This document shows positions 40,777 through 50,719 of a stretch of 64,000 nucleotides of DNA, piece by piece; the first letter of the stretch is position 1; each line of letters starts with the position of its first letter. The stretch lies in IMG/VR virus record IMGVR_UViG_3300037400_001251, one strand, 5' to 3'. Position numbers and translations under genes: made by a program. The notes below the pieces were generated by a model. It saw only the letters and a program-made list of their open reading frames with translations, ran no database searches and had not been told where the DNA came from. The DNA comes from an uncultured virus (IMG/VR IMGVR_UViG_3300037400_001251). Lineage: Duplodnaviria; Heunggongvirae; Uroviricota; Caudoviricetes.

Positions 40777-41793
40777 ATGTCAGATACTCCTGTTAGACCA
40801 GGTAATATGATGCAGAATCTACCTAATCAACAACCAGTTCAATCTCAGCAACCAGCTATACAACCAACAATGGCGCCAGTTAATTTAGTAAATATGACTC
40901 ACTTAAAGAAGTCAGATACATCTAAAGGTAAAGTTGTATTCAAAGGTTTTAGTCATCAATTAAGAACTACTAATAAGGTAAGTGTTTTCTTACCAGTATC
41001 TAATGCAGAAGTAAGAGTATGCCAAATACTATATAATGAAGAAATTGGAATGGCTCAGACATTAATTAATCCAAGTGATGTATTAATGGAAGTAGTCAAG
41101 ATAGTCTATAATCATATAGTAGAAGGACCAGAAATTCTTACTAAATCATTTGATAGTTTCTTAGATAATTTAGTTGAACCAGATTTAAGTGCTTTAGTGT
41201 ATGGACTATATGTATGTAGTTATGGTCCTACTATTAAAATAGGTGAAGTAGAATGCGAAGAATGTAAAGGTAAGCATGTACTACCAGACTTAAATCTAAA
41301 TCAATTATATAAAGAAACTCCATTTGAAGGTGAAGAATTTGCTGTATTAAAACATAGAACTTCATTAGATATGGCTGAGTATGGATTGCCTGGTGTTACT
41401 TTTAATATTAGAATACCTGTATTAAGAAAAACACTAGAATCAGAAAATGATGATATTAAAACTGCATCTATTACAAGAATAGAAAAGTACTTAGAAAATG
41501 TTGTCATTAAAAATGAACAAGGTCAAGATGAAACTTATACTGACTATGAATCATTATATAATGCAGTAGCAACATTACCACCTGTAGCTAGACATAGATT
41601 ACAAGAAGTACTAGATAAAGATTACTTTAAGTATGGTATATCTTTTGAACATGAATGGAAATGTACTAATGTAGTCAATGATGATAAGATATTAGGTGGT
41701 AAGAGAAAATGTGACCATGTAAATAAGTACATACCTACGGTAGAACAGGAGTTCTTTCGTAAAGTTTATGATGCTTTATACGGCTCCAGATAA
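40777..41793 (+). CDS. baseplate hub/tail assembly protein-like (T4 gp26/gp51-type)
   Basis: LPVS, DLSALVYGLYVCSYG, CEEC, second Cys pair, terminal EFFR. Confidence 0.5.
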   Translation: MSDTPVRPGNMMQNLPNQQPVQSQQPAIQPTMAPVNLVNMTHLKKSDTSKGKVVFKGFSHQLRTTNKVSVFLPVSNAEVRVCQILYNEEIGMAQTLINPSDVLMEVVKIVYNHIVEGPEILTKSFDSFLDNLVEPDLSALVYGLYVCSYGPTIKIGEVECEECKGKHVLPDLNLNQLYKETPFEGEEFAVLKHRTSLDMAEYGLPGVTFNIRIPVLRKTLESENDDIKTASITRIEKYLENVVIKNEQGQDETYTDYESLYNAVATLPPVARHRLQEVLDKDYFKYGISFEHEWKCTNVVNDDKILGGKRKCDHVNKYIPTVEQEFFRKVYDALYGSR

Positions 41794-41995
41794 AGTATCA
41801 GAGTATATAAGTCAACGAATAATGTCAGACTTAATGTTACTTAACTTTCTAAGTTATAATGATTTAATGAATCTGCCTGTCCTCACAGTAAACTATATGA
41901 GAGAAATGAAAGCTAAATTAGCTGAAAAAGATCCATTAGGTGGACTAGGAGGACTAGGTGGAGCTTTACAAAATTTACTAGGAGCTAGACGATGA
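41768..41995 (+). CDS. small tail/baseplate assembly partner-like protein
   Basis: SYNDLMNLP motif; overlaps the previous gene. Confidence 0.35.
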   Translation: MMLYTAPDKVSEYISQRIMSDLMLLNFLSYNDLMNLPVLTVNYMREMKAKLAEKDPLGGLGGLGGALQNLLGARR

Positions 41996-42618
41996 AGCAA
42001 AAAGATATCAAAGAATTAATGGAACAATTATCTAATATACCTGATGAAAAGGAATTAGAAAGTTTACCAGAAGAAGAAAAGAAAGCTAAACTAAAAGAAT
42101 TAGAATCATTATTAAGTGGTTCTACAAGTATACTTAATACTATGTATGATTCTTTTAGAAAACAAGAAGTTAAAAAGATGAAGATTTCTTTCCCACATCT
42201 AAGCGAAGTTGTACTTGACTTTAAGAAAGATGCATATTCTCTTTTAAAGATAAAGTACAATGAAAAGATACATGAAGTTACTAATCAGGTATATGACCAA
42301 ATTAAAGAATTGATTAATATGCCTAATAAGGATAAATCTGTAACTTTAAGAGCTATGTTGAAAAGAAGTCTTTTAAATACTAGAGAAAAATTTAGAGAAA
42401 GTATTCTTCAAGCTAAAGAATGTGTAGGCACCGAAGAAGAATTAATAGAAGCTACAGAAGAATTCTATACTAGTTTCTTTAATATAGTATTTAAATCAAT
42501 AGAAGATGCCTATACAGAACAACAGCAAAAGATACAAGATGAGATAAAGAAAGCTCAAAGACAAAGAGTCGATGAGTTTACACCCAAAGAAAAGGAGGCA
42601 ACTAGTCAAGATGCATAA
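41992..42618 (+). CDS. coiled-coil hypothetical protein
   Basis: 208-aa ORF, GGAG RBS. Confidence 0.55.
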   Translation: MKQKDIKELMEQLSNIPDEKELESLPEEEKKAKLKELESLLSGSTSILNTMYDSFRKQEVKKMKISFPHLSEVVLDFKKDAYSLLKIKYNEKIHEVTNQVYDQIKELINMPNKDKSVTLRAMLKRSLLNTREKFRESILQAKECVGTEEELIEATEEFYTSFFNIVFKSIEDAYTEQQQKIQDEIKKAQRQRVDEFTPKEKEATSQDA

Positions 42619-43081
42619 TGTTCTAAATGCTAAAACTTTTAAAACTAAAATATCTGACATTATCAATAATAATGATTGTAAACTAAAAACTAGATTAGGT
42701 GATGTTAGATTTAAAATGTTTAGTGATGACTTCAATAATGAGTTATTAAAACCATTAAAAGTAGATGATTCTGTTAAAGAAGAAATCATTAAACAAGATG
42801 TAGAAGTAGTTTTAAAAGAAATCAATAATGATAAATATTCTAAGTATAAAAGACTATTTCAAATTGAATTAGATATAACTTATAGTAGTAATCAAAGAGC
42901 AGTACTATTAAGGACACAATTTGAAATAGCTAGAATAGAACCAGATGATAAAATAGAAAAAGATCCTAATATTAAATTTGAACCTTTTGAAGAATGTTCA
43001 CTATTAAGTAAATATTCTCAAGAAGTTAATAAGGGTCTTGCTGTAGAAATAGGTAAAATGGTTCATAACGGAGAAGTATAA
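42611..43081 (+). CDS. hypothetical protein
   Basis: Start moved to the ATG after AAGGAGG. Confidence 0.55.
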   Translation: MHNVLNAKTFKTKISDIINNNDCKLKTRLGDVRFKMFSDDFNNELLKPLKVDDSVKEEIIKQDVEVVLKEINNDKYSKYKRLFQIELDITYSSNQRAVLLRTQFEIARIEPDDKIEKDPNIKFEPFEECSLLSKYSQEVNKGLAVEIGKMVHNGEV

Positions 43082-43084
43082 TTT

Positions 43085-44473
43085 ATGGAAGTAGGTTTTC
43101 ATATACGTATGAGAACTGATGAACTTCCGCAATTAGTATTGGAAAGTATCCGAAAGAATCTAACTTCTCATCAAACAGATTATATCACTAAAGAGAAATA
43201 TGATATAGAGTATTTCTGGGAAGATAGAGAAAAAGGTATTATACAGATACCAGGATGCTTTCCAATACCAATACCTGATAATGTAACATATAGTTATGAA
43301 CCAGGTATGCCTTTAAATGAAAAGGCAAAACTAAAAGATGGTTTTAAATATAGAGAAGGACAACAAGAAAGTATTAATGATGCTTTATCTAATAATGTTC
43401 TTACTTTAATGAAGCCACCTGGAAGTGGAAAGACTATCATTGGTTCTAGTGTAATATTAAAAAGAAAAGTAAGAAGTCTTATTATTGTAGACCAAGATAA
43501 TTTAAGAGAACAATGGATTAATGCTTTAAACTTAGTGTCTGATAATACCTTAGATGTATATTATGAAGGACTTACATTTGAAAAAGATGATAAAGAATTA
43601 AATCATGATGTATATGTCCAAACTATACAAGGTATGTTAGCTAAGATAAGAAAACATGGTGTAGATTATTTAAGAGAAAATCTAAAGAAGTTCCATATAG
43701 GCCATGTATTATTAGATGAGGTACATTGTCTAATAGGACCAGAAAAGTTTTCCTTATTATGCCATGTAATTAATCCTACTTATTGTTTAGCATTAAGTGC
43801 CACACCTAAAGATGATATATTCGTATCTTATTGGTTAGGACATATTATCGTAGGTGATAAGAAGTATAGTGTTAAACCTAAAGTTATATTCTTAGATTTT
43901 AATCCTAATTTAAATAGAAGTAAGAATTATATCTGTTTTGGTGGTAGATTTAGTAGAGATAAATATGCTAAGCTATTATACCATGATAGAAAGAATTCTA
44001 AAACTAAAGAAGTAATACCAGCTACATATCCAGCTTTTATATCTAGTATAGCTTATAAGACATTTCTAGCTAAACGTAATGTATTAGTAATATGTAATTA
44101 TAATGCATCTGGCGTTGATGACTTAGTAAATGAATTACAAAAGTTTACTAGCATAGATAATATAGGAAAGTATATAGCTGGTTGTGATAAAGAAGTAGAA
44201 GGTTCTAAACCTATTATAGTATCTAATTATAAGATGTTGCAAAAAGGTACTGATATACCTACATTAGATACATTAATAATGGCAGATCCATGTGCCAATG
44301 TAACTGGTTTAGAACAGACTATCGGTAGAATACTTAGAGTGAATAAGGGTATCATTAAAAAGGAATTATTAGTATTTGATATAACTGATAATACTTTTGG
44401 TGATGCTTTTGTAAGATGGAAGTCTATAAGAATAGATTTCTATAATGAAAAAGGTTTCGATTTAGTTTACTAA
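43085..44473 (+). CDS. SF2 DNA helicase (UvsW-like)
   Basis: PPGSGKT, LDEVH, LSATP, KGTDIP, QTIGRILR. Confidence 0.88.
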   Translation: MEVGFHIRMRTDELPQLVLESIRKNLTSHQTDYITKEKYDIEYFWEDREKGIIQIPGCFPIPIPDNVTYSYEPGMPLNEKAKLKDGFKYREGQQESINDALSNNVLTLMKPPGSGKTIIGSSVILKRKVRSLIIVDQDNLREQWINALNLVSDNTLDVYYEGLTFEKDDKELNHDVYVQTIQGMLAKIRKHGVDYLRENLKKFHIGHVLLDEVHCLIGPEKFSLLCHVINPTYCLALSATPKDDIFVSYWLGHIIVGDKKYSVKPKVIFLDFNPNLNRSKNYICFGGRFSRDKYAKLLYHDRKNSKTKEVIPATYPAFISSIAYKTFLAKRNVLVICNYNASGVDDLVNELQKFTSIDNIGKYIAGCDKEVEGSKPIIVSNYKMLQKGTDIPTLDTLIMADPCANVTGLEQTIGRILRVNKGIIKKELLVFDITDNTFGDAFVRWKSIRIDFYNEKGFDLVY

Positions 44474-44535
44474 TGTAGAAATCTTTACTTGATCTTAACT
44501 TAAAAATTAATTTAACTTTGAAAGGACTTATCCAA

Positions 44536-45753
44536 ATGAGTAACAATCAAAACATCAACATTAACCTAATTAACAATCTTTTCTCTTCTCTAACTAGTGG
44601 TAAAATCACTCTTAATTTTGGCGATACTGAAATTAATGTAGATATTACTGTTAATAGAAAAGGTAATATTGTTGAACAAGTAGCTAACAAGATTATAGAA
44701 GAAGTAGATAAAGATGAATCTCATAAGCATTTGCCTTTAAAGTATTATCCTATATCTGAAAATATAGATATGGATAGAGTGAATTATCTAGAAAAATTTC
44801 GTACTAAAGATTCAGATCCTATAATAGGTGAAGACAGCAAAGAATTAAAGAAAGAAGAAACTGGTTGGTTTAAAGGTGAATTTAGATATCGTGGTGAAAA
44901 CAGAACTAGTTTACATTATTATGAAGATGGTATAGCTGTTTGTGATACTGGTATAGTAAGTAGAAACCACATATTAAATGAAACCACAGTTAAGGTAGAT
45001 AATCCTGTAACTGAAGAATGTTGTAAGAAATGCTTATTAGTTTTAGCTAAAAGAAAAACAGCTACTTATAAAGAAATCAAACAATCTAAGAGTGTTAATG
45101 CCACTGGTTGGTATTTAAGAATGACTGATTCTAGAAAAGGTATCTATAAGCATTTCTATAAAGATGGTCATACTATTTGTAGAAATCATTGGTCATTAAC
45201 AACCATAGATAGAGAAACTAATCTAGATACTGATAAAGAGTATAAGATATGTAAAGTTTGTCTAGAAAAAGCCAAAGCACATACTAGAGCAGATCTATCT
45301 AATAAGAAAGTAATTAAAACTTTAGCACCCAAAGATGTTATAACACCAACAGAAATGTTAGAAAGATGGAATAAGAATCTAGTATTATTCGGAGAACCTG
45401 TTCCATTAAAAAGTAATTTAGAAACCGATGATGTTTATGCTGAAGCTGCTAAACGTATGTTAGTAGTTTATAGAAAACCTATCAATAATATTATGAGAAA
45501 ATTATCTTCTGATAATAGAATGACTGTTGATTCTACTACAGTTAAATTCTATTGTAAAAATAAGCTAGTAGAATTAACTGTTATTAGAAATGATAATAAG
45601 AGAAATAGTGAACTATCTATCAAGAAGATTAATATTACTGATAGAACATCACCTAACCAAAGAATTACTGGCACTGCCTATGATATGACATCTATGGTTA
45701 CTAGAGTTATTTTAGAAAGGAGTCGTAAGTTAAAAGATGAAGAAGAAGATTAA
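44536..45753 (+). CDS. protein with two tandem putative Zn-binding repeats
   Basis: TGW..HYYEDG..C..CKKC and TGW..HFYKDG..C..CKVC. Confidence 0.55.
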   Translation: MSNNQNININLINNLFSSLTSGKITLNFGDTEINVDITVNRKGNIVEQVANKIIEEVDKDESHKHLPLKYYPISENIDMDRVNYLEKFRTKDSDPIIGEDSKELKKEETGWFKGEFRYRGENRTSLHYYEDGIAVCDTGIVSRNHILNETTVKVDNPVTEECCKKCLLVLAKRKTATYKEIKQSKSVNATGWYLRMTDSRKGIYKHFYKDGHTICRNHWSLTTIDRETNLDTDKEYKICKVCLEKAKAHTRADLSNKKVIKTLAPKDVITPTEMLERWNKNLVLFGEPVPLKSNLETDDVYAEAAKRMLVVYRKPINNIMRKLSSDNRMTVDSTTVKFYCKNKLVELTVIRNDNKRNSELSIKKINITDRTSPNQRITGTAYDMTSMVTRVILERSRKLKDEEED

Positions 45754-47476
45754 AAAACTAGTTTTATGGGATTTTGAAGCTGTCAAAGGTGAAGCTGTTA
45801 CTTCTGATAAAATAGTAGAGAAGAAACGGTTCCACCCAGATGGCTTATATTCCGAAAGGATCTTTGGACCCATTAAGGATTATGTTTGTAGTTGTGGAAC
45901 ATTTAATCCTAATGGGGGTGTTTGTCCTGTCTGTGGTGTAAGATTTGGGCCTAGTAGTTTAAGAAGTACTACTTTTGCTCATATCAAATTACCAACAGAA
46001 GTGATTAATCCCTTGTTCATGTGGTCTTTAACATCTAGAACTAAGAATAAGAATTGTAAAATAGATGTTCCTTCATTAATAGAATATAAGTCATTTCTAT
46101 ATATTCCTAATGATAGACCTGAAGAAATAGTTCAATATGATAACTATAGATATAACTATCAAAAATTATCATATGAAAAGATGAAAGAATTAGAAGAACA
46201 AGGGTTAGATCCAAACACTTATGTATTAGATATTAATGGTGAATCTGTTTCTAATAATTTTAATAAGTTAACTGATGAAGAAAAAGCAGCTTTTAAAGAA
46301 GCTTATGAATCTAAGCATAAATTCATTGGTGCTCAAGCTATATTAAAATTAATAGATTGGCTAGAAGAGAATATAGCTAAAGATAAAGAATTTAATGTAG
46401 AAGAATACATTCGTAGAAAAGAATGGGATCTAATTATTAAATTTAAAGACAAAATTACCATTAATATTATACCTGTTATACCTCCAGATTTAAGACCTAT
46501 GATGTTTACTGGTAATAATATGAGTGTGGCTGAAACATTAACTAGATATTATACCACATTATTAACTAAAGTAAATATCATGAAAAATAAGACTAAGTTC
46601 ATTAAAGATGTTAGTTCATTAACTTGGAAGAATTATGAAGATCTACAAAAACAAGTTAATGAAATCTATAATGAAATTATGGATGTCTTTGGCGGTAAGA
46701 CTGGTATTATTAGAGCCAATATTTTAGGTAAAAGAATTGACTATTCAGGTAGAGCTGTAATAGCAATAGATCCATCTCTAAAATATAACGAATGTAGAGT
46801 TCCTTACCATATGGCATTAGAAGTCTATAAATATGAGTTTGCTAGATATCTTGCTAAGAAAGAAAACAAGACTATATTAGTAATACTCAAAGATATAGAA
46901 GAATCTTTAAAGTTAAGGGACTATCGTTTAATAGATGAATTAGAAGATTGGATTAAAGATAAGCCAACTCTATTGAATAGACAACCGACATTACATCAGT
47001 ATGGCATGTTAGCTTTCAATACTAAGCTTTCAAGTGACAGTACTTTGAAAATCAGCCCTACATGCACGTCTGCGTATAATGCTGATTTTGATGGGAAAAA
47101 TTCCTCAACCATGCCTATTTGCGACATATTGTAAATAGGTCTAAATATTCCCATCATTAAAGTTCGGAAAATCGGTGGAGCCTAAACTTGTAAAATCAAG
47201 CATGGTAATACCGAGATCCCATAGAAATCACTAGGGATTGTAACGCATAGGTAGTGAACGTTAAGAGAGTAATAATCTACCCACGAGTCCGGACCATATA
47301 CTATAATAATTATAGTTGGAAAATATATGCTGAGCTATACCGAAAGGTATAGAAGTAAGGGATAAAAAGCCTTTACGGTAACATAACTGGATAGTGCTTT
47401 AGGTGATGTAAAACTTAAAGTAAATGGTAAAATCATAGAATCTGCAATAGAAAATGTATTTAATATAGAAATCTAA
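45737..47476 (+). CDS. rpoC: RNA polymerase beta' N-terminal half, copy 2 (probably non-virion RNAP); join(45737..47095,47390..47476); ends in a 27-aa split-intein N-fragment
   Basis: GLYSERIFGP, CSCG..CPVC Zn domain, VIPPDLRP, LGKRIDYSGRAVI, LNRQPTLH, YNADFDG; exon 2 restores D and adds SALGDVKLKVNGKIIESAIENVFNIEI*. Confidence 0.88.
47096..47389 (+). ncRNA. ORF-less group I self-splicing intron (294 nt)
   Basis: IGS 47146-47156; P3 gttcgga/tccggac; P4 tcggt/accga; P6 atccc/gggat; P7 gcata/tatgc; P7.1 ggtag/ctacc; P9 ctatacc-GAAA-ggtatag; terminal G; removal restores NADFDGD in frame. Confidence 0.88.
47393..47473 (+). mobile_element. split intein N-fragment IntN2 (27 aa, Ser1)
   Basis: SALGDVKLKVNGKIIESAIENVFNIEI, block-A-like; complements the intein at 59735. 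Confidence 0.8.
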
Positions 47477-47482
47477 TTATAA

Positions 47483-47523
47483 GGGCCTAGGTAAATTAAT
47501 ATTTTATCTAGGCCTATTATTTA
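47483..47523 (+). terminator. hairpin/terminator after beta'-N copy 2
   Basis: ggcctaggtaaa / tttatctaggcc stem followed by T-rich tract. Confidence 0.6.
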
Positions 47524-47549
47524 TCTCAACTTTGAAAGGATATATCTTA

Positions 47550-48008
47550 ATGTTATATAAGATTAAAAGATGGCTTTATAGATTATGGTATAAGAAACCT
47601 ATTAACATTGATAAGCATAATAGCTGGTATCAATGGCTAAAGGCTAATTGGCAGAAAGATAATATGTTTCCTCCTCCAATAGATCCTGAATTAGCTTTAT
47701 GTTATTTATCAGATTATCTGTTAGATATTAAAACTACACCTGAAGATATTGATGTACATGATACAGCTTTAAAGATAACTGAGAAATATCTAGGTAAATC
47801 TATTAAGATTGATGAAACACTTTTACCTTATCAGGTAATGAATAAGTTATTTGAAGCTATGTTAATTGAAACGAATTTAAGCGGTTATATAGACAATCCT
47901 ATAACACAGTGGCAATGCCATACTGAGATAGTATCTGGCATCTTACAAGAATACTCAGATGATTATAATGAAGAATATGAATACTATAATAATAGAAAGG
48001 ACAACTAA
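47550..48008 (+). CDS. hypothetical protein
   Basis: ATG after AACTTTGAAAGGA. Confidence 0.55.
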   Translation: MLYKIKRWLYRLWYKKPINIDKHNSWYQWLKANWQKDNMFPPPIDPELALCYLSDYLLDIKTTPEDIDVHDTALKITEKYLGKSIKIDETLLPYQVMNKLFEAMLIETNLSGYIDNPITQWQCHTEIVSGILQEYSDDYNEEYEYYNNRKDN

Positions 48009-48011
48009 ACT

Positions 48012-48350
48012 ATGAATAATGTAAATATCAATGATGTAAAAACTTTTTCTCTTATGAATTATAAGTATGGAATCAATAATGCATCTACTGTTATGATTCC
48101 TTATGTATGTATGGAAATAGCTAGACTTATATCTGAAAAGAAAATAGATGCCAATTCAGATACATTAAAAGAAGATTTAGTAAATTTAATGATGAATGAA
48201 AAGACATTAAATGAAGCTAAAGAATTTACAGAGCAAATGACATTAAAGAATTTTACTAAAATTAATAGTGTCGTTATAGATGAATTATTCAAAGGCAAAT
48301 CTTATAATGAATCTATAAAAGCTTGTGAAAATATGAGCTGTATAGATTAA
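48012..48350 (+). CDS. hypothetical protein
   Basis: GAAAGGACAACT leader. Confidence 0.55.
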   Translation: MNNVNINDVKTFSLMNYKYGINNASTVMIPYVCMEIARLISEKKIDANSDTLKEDLVNLMMNEKTLNEAKEFTEQMTLKNFTKINSVVIDELFKGKSYNESIKACENMSCID

Positions 48351-48367
48351 TAGAAAGGACAACTTAT

Positions 48368-48601
48368 ATGTTAAAGATAAAGAAAGAAAAACAGGCTGTT
48401 GAATTAAAAGAGTGCCCTATAGGATTATTTCTGTATCGAGATACATTAGCTTTAAAAACAGAGTATCAAAATAATGAAGGAATACCTGAATGCTATATAG
48501 TATCATCTGGTGAAACATTTTGTGGAGGTGTAGAGAAATGTGAATTACCTTTCTTAATGGTTCACCCATGCAGAGTAGTAAGTGAAAAGATTATAGCTTA
48601 A
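48368..48601 (+). CDS. hypothetical phage protein
   Basis: LKECPIGLF..KTEY..YIVSSGETFCGG. Confidence 0.55.
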   Translation: MLKIKKEKQAVELKECPIGLFLYRDTLALKTEYQNNEGIPECYIVSSGETFCGGVEKCELPFLMVHPCRVVSEKIIA

Positions 48602-48619
48602 TGAAAGGACAACTAAACT

Positions 48620-48814
48620 ATGAAAAAGATTCCTAAGAATGTTTTAAAATCTATAAATGTGATTAAAGAATTCTGTATAAAACAACTTAATAAGGCTGAT
48701 GACGATACAGAATATTGTAAAGATTGCCCATTCTATATTGAAGGTAAAATCTATGAAAGAGAATGTTTCTTTGGAGTAGAAACACCTGATAACTGGGAGG
48801 TAGAAGAATTATGA
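48620..48814 (+). CDS. small Cys-rich protein (family member)
   Basis: IKEFC..CKDCPF..C..PDNW. Confidence 0.6.
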   Translation: MKKIPKNVLKSINVIKEFCIKQLNKADDDTEYCKDCPFYIEGKIYERECFFGVETPDNWEVEEL

Positions 48815-49227
48815 AATATACTAAATGTTCACAAAAGCAATTCTTTACTATATATCCACCTTGTAGCAGACAGTCGTTTATAATGACACCTAATGAAGAA
48901 CCTGAAGTTATTGAACATGGTAGTCTTGTATTATGTGATAGTTGTAATCAAGAAATGTATAATGATGATAACTTTAAAGAAGGATATCTGTTGTTAGAAG
49001 TGGAAGGTTATCCTACTCAAAGGCTATTATGTAAAAATTGTTTTGAAAGATGGAAAGGATATGGAAAAGAAGCTAACGATAATGAATTAAAAGAATTAAC
49101 TACTCGTCAAGCTATTTTATATCTAAATAATGGTTATGACCCAGTAGCTGAATTTGATGCAGATATGCTAGATAATCTGAGTCCTAGTGAAGAAGAATTA
49201 GAAAGATTATTTAATGAAAAGGAGTAG
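48811..49227 (+). CDS. hypothetical protein with CxxC pairs
   Basis: CDSC..CKNC. Confidence 0.55.
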   Translation: MKYTKCSQKQFFTIYPPCSRQSFIMTPNEEPEVIEHGSLVLCDSCNQEMYNDDNFKEGYLLLEVEGYPTQRLLCKNCFERWKGYGKEANDNELKELTTRQAILYLNNGYDPVAEFDADMLDNLSPSEEELERLFNEKE

Positions 49228-49238
49228 TATTTTAAATT

Positions 49239-50282
49239 ATGGGAAGAAGTTTTAGGTGTACCACTAATAGTAATCCATATAAGTATTCTGTAACACATGA
49301 TCCTGATTTACTACAGTCATTTGCTATATATGGTATATGGATAACTAGAGATGAGTTAAATTATGTATATCAGAAAACTAATACTAATGTTCATGAAAAG
49401 TTATTAGAATACTTAGTTAATAAGCATTATGTATCTAAATTACAGATAGAACCATTTAGATTTAAAAAGACTCTTAAAAATGGAAGATCTTATCTGGATA
49501 ATGTTTTTGATTATCTAAAGACTAATGAAGATGTTGAAAAATATCTAGATTCTATTAAAAGTAATATTATGGTATACGAATTCACTAATGAACGAGATGA
49601 ATTAGTTATACCTTTTACTGAATTAGAAATAATGTTATCTAAGACTAAAACATTAACTAGGTATAAAGAAGCATTTAAAGATATAGATCTAAGTGATAAA
49701 TACTTTAGTTATCATAGTCTAGATAAGTTTAGAATACTAGATAAGAATTATAAAGCTATTAAAAGATATAGTTTAACCCCTTTGTGGAGAAGAAATTATG
49801 GCGAAGTAGTATATGAAAATATTCGCATAAATGAACCTAATGCCTTATATCAAATGGCAGATTATCTATACGATAATTATATAAAGCCAGCATTAAATCT
49901 TACCACAAGGCCTGATGACTTAGATTATATGAAATGGGCTATGTATGATTATACAGAAAACAATAATAGAAAAGAAAAATATCCTGATGATCCTCCTAAC
50001 TTAAAAATCTATGAGATTGGTCAAACAGATAAGTTATTAATAGGTAGGAATGTAGCTTGGTCTACAGCACCATTCGTATGTGTAGATAATCTAATAGACA
50101 CTATTAATACTTGTAATACTATAGAAAGAAAGATGTTAAACAATATCGTAGATATAGTAGATGAGTATCATAACTATAAGGGTAAAAATAAGTCTATTAA
50201 AGAACGTATGACCATATATGCTTGTGGCTCATGTAGTGTAACAGAGTTCAATGATTTTCCTAAACCTAAGAAGAGGCAATAA
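49239..50282 (+). CDS. hypothetical protein
   Basis: 347-aa ORF, AAGGAG RBS. Confidence 0.55.
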   Translation: MGRSFRCTTNSNPYKYSVTHDPDLLQSFAIYGIWITRDELNYVYQKTNTNVHEKLLEYLVNKHYVSKLQIEPFRFKKTLKNGRSYLDNVFDYLKTNEDVEKYLDSIKSNIMVYEFTNERDELVIPFTELEIMLSKTKTLTRYKEAFKDIDLSDKYFSYHSLDKFRILDKNYKAIKRYSLTPLWRRNYGEVVYENIRINEPNALYQMADYLYDNYIKPALNLTTRPDDLDYMKWAMYDYTENNNRKEKYPDDPPNLKIYEIGQTDKLLIGRNVAWSTAPFVCVDNLIDTINTCNTIERKMLNNIVDIVDEYHNYKGKNKSIKERMTIYACGSCSVTEFNDFPKPKKRQ

Positions 50283-50285
50283 CTT

Positions 50286-50690
50286 ATGGCTATAGAAAGT
50301 ATCGTTGAAAAATTAAAAGATGCCAAAGATGAAGATATGCTAATCAATGGTAAATACGATAGTGATTTATATAGGCTAGTGTATATCTTAAAAGAATTAA
50401 TTAGTGCGAATGGCATATATAAACTAGATGTAGTATATTGCCATGACTCATTAATCGAAGCCAATAATGGTAAGTACAATATAACTATAAAAGACCAAGA
50501 TTATAATCCTATATTATGTAGATTCTATTCTAATGAAAAAGAGCTTATTGAAGACCTTAAAGATCTGATATCTAAACATTACAATAGAAACCAATGGATT
50601 ATAACTAGATGTATGACTAGTATATCATTAACTAAGTATTGGCAACCTATGTATAAATTTGCTTTATACAATTCTAAAGAAGAAGAATAA
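50286..50690 (+). CDS. hypothetical protein
   Basis: 134-aa ORF. Confidence 0.55.
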   Translation: MAIESIVEKLKDAKDEDMLINGKYDSDLYRLVYILKELISANGIYKLDVVYCHDSLIEANNGKYNITIKDQDYNPILCRFYSNEKELIEDLKDLISKHYNRNQWIITRCMTSISLTKYWQPMYKFALYNSKEEE

Positions 50691-50719
50691 TCTTAACTAT
50701 ATTTAAAAGGAGGGCACTT

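Noticed and set aside
41740..41995. Programmed -1 frameshift joining the 40777 and 41768 ORFs
   Set aside because: The second ORF is in the +1 frame and no clear slippery heptamer is seen
45737..47134. beta' copy 2 as a pseudogene or catalytically dead NADFDGK variant
   Set aside because: Removing the group I intron restores NADFDGD in frame
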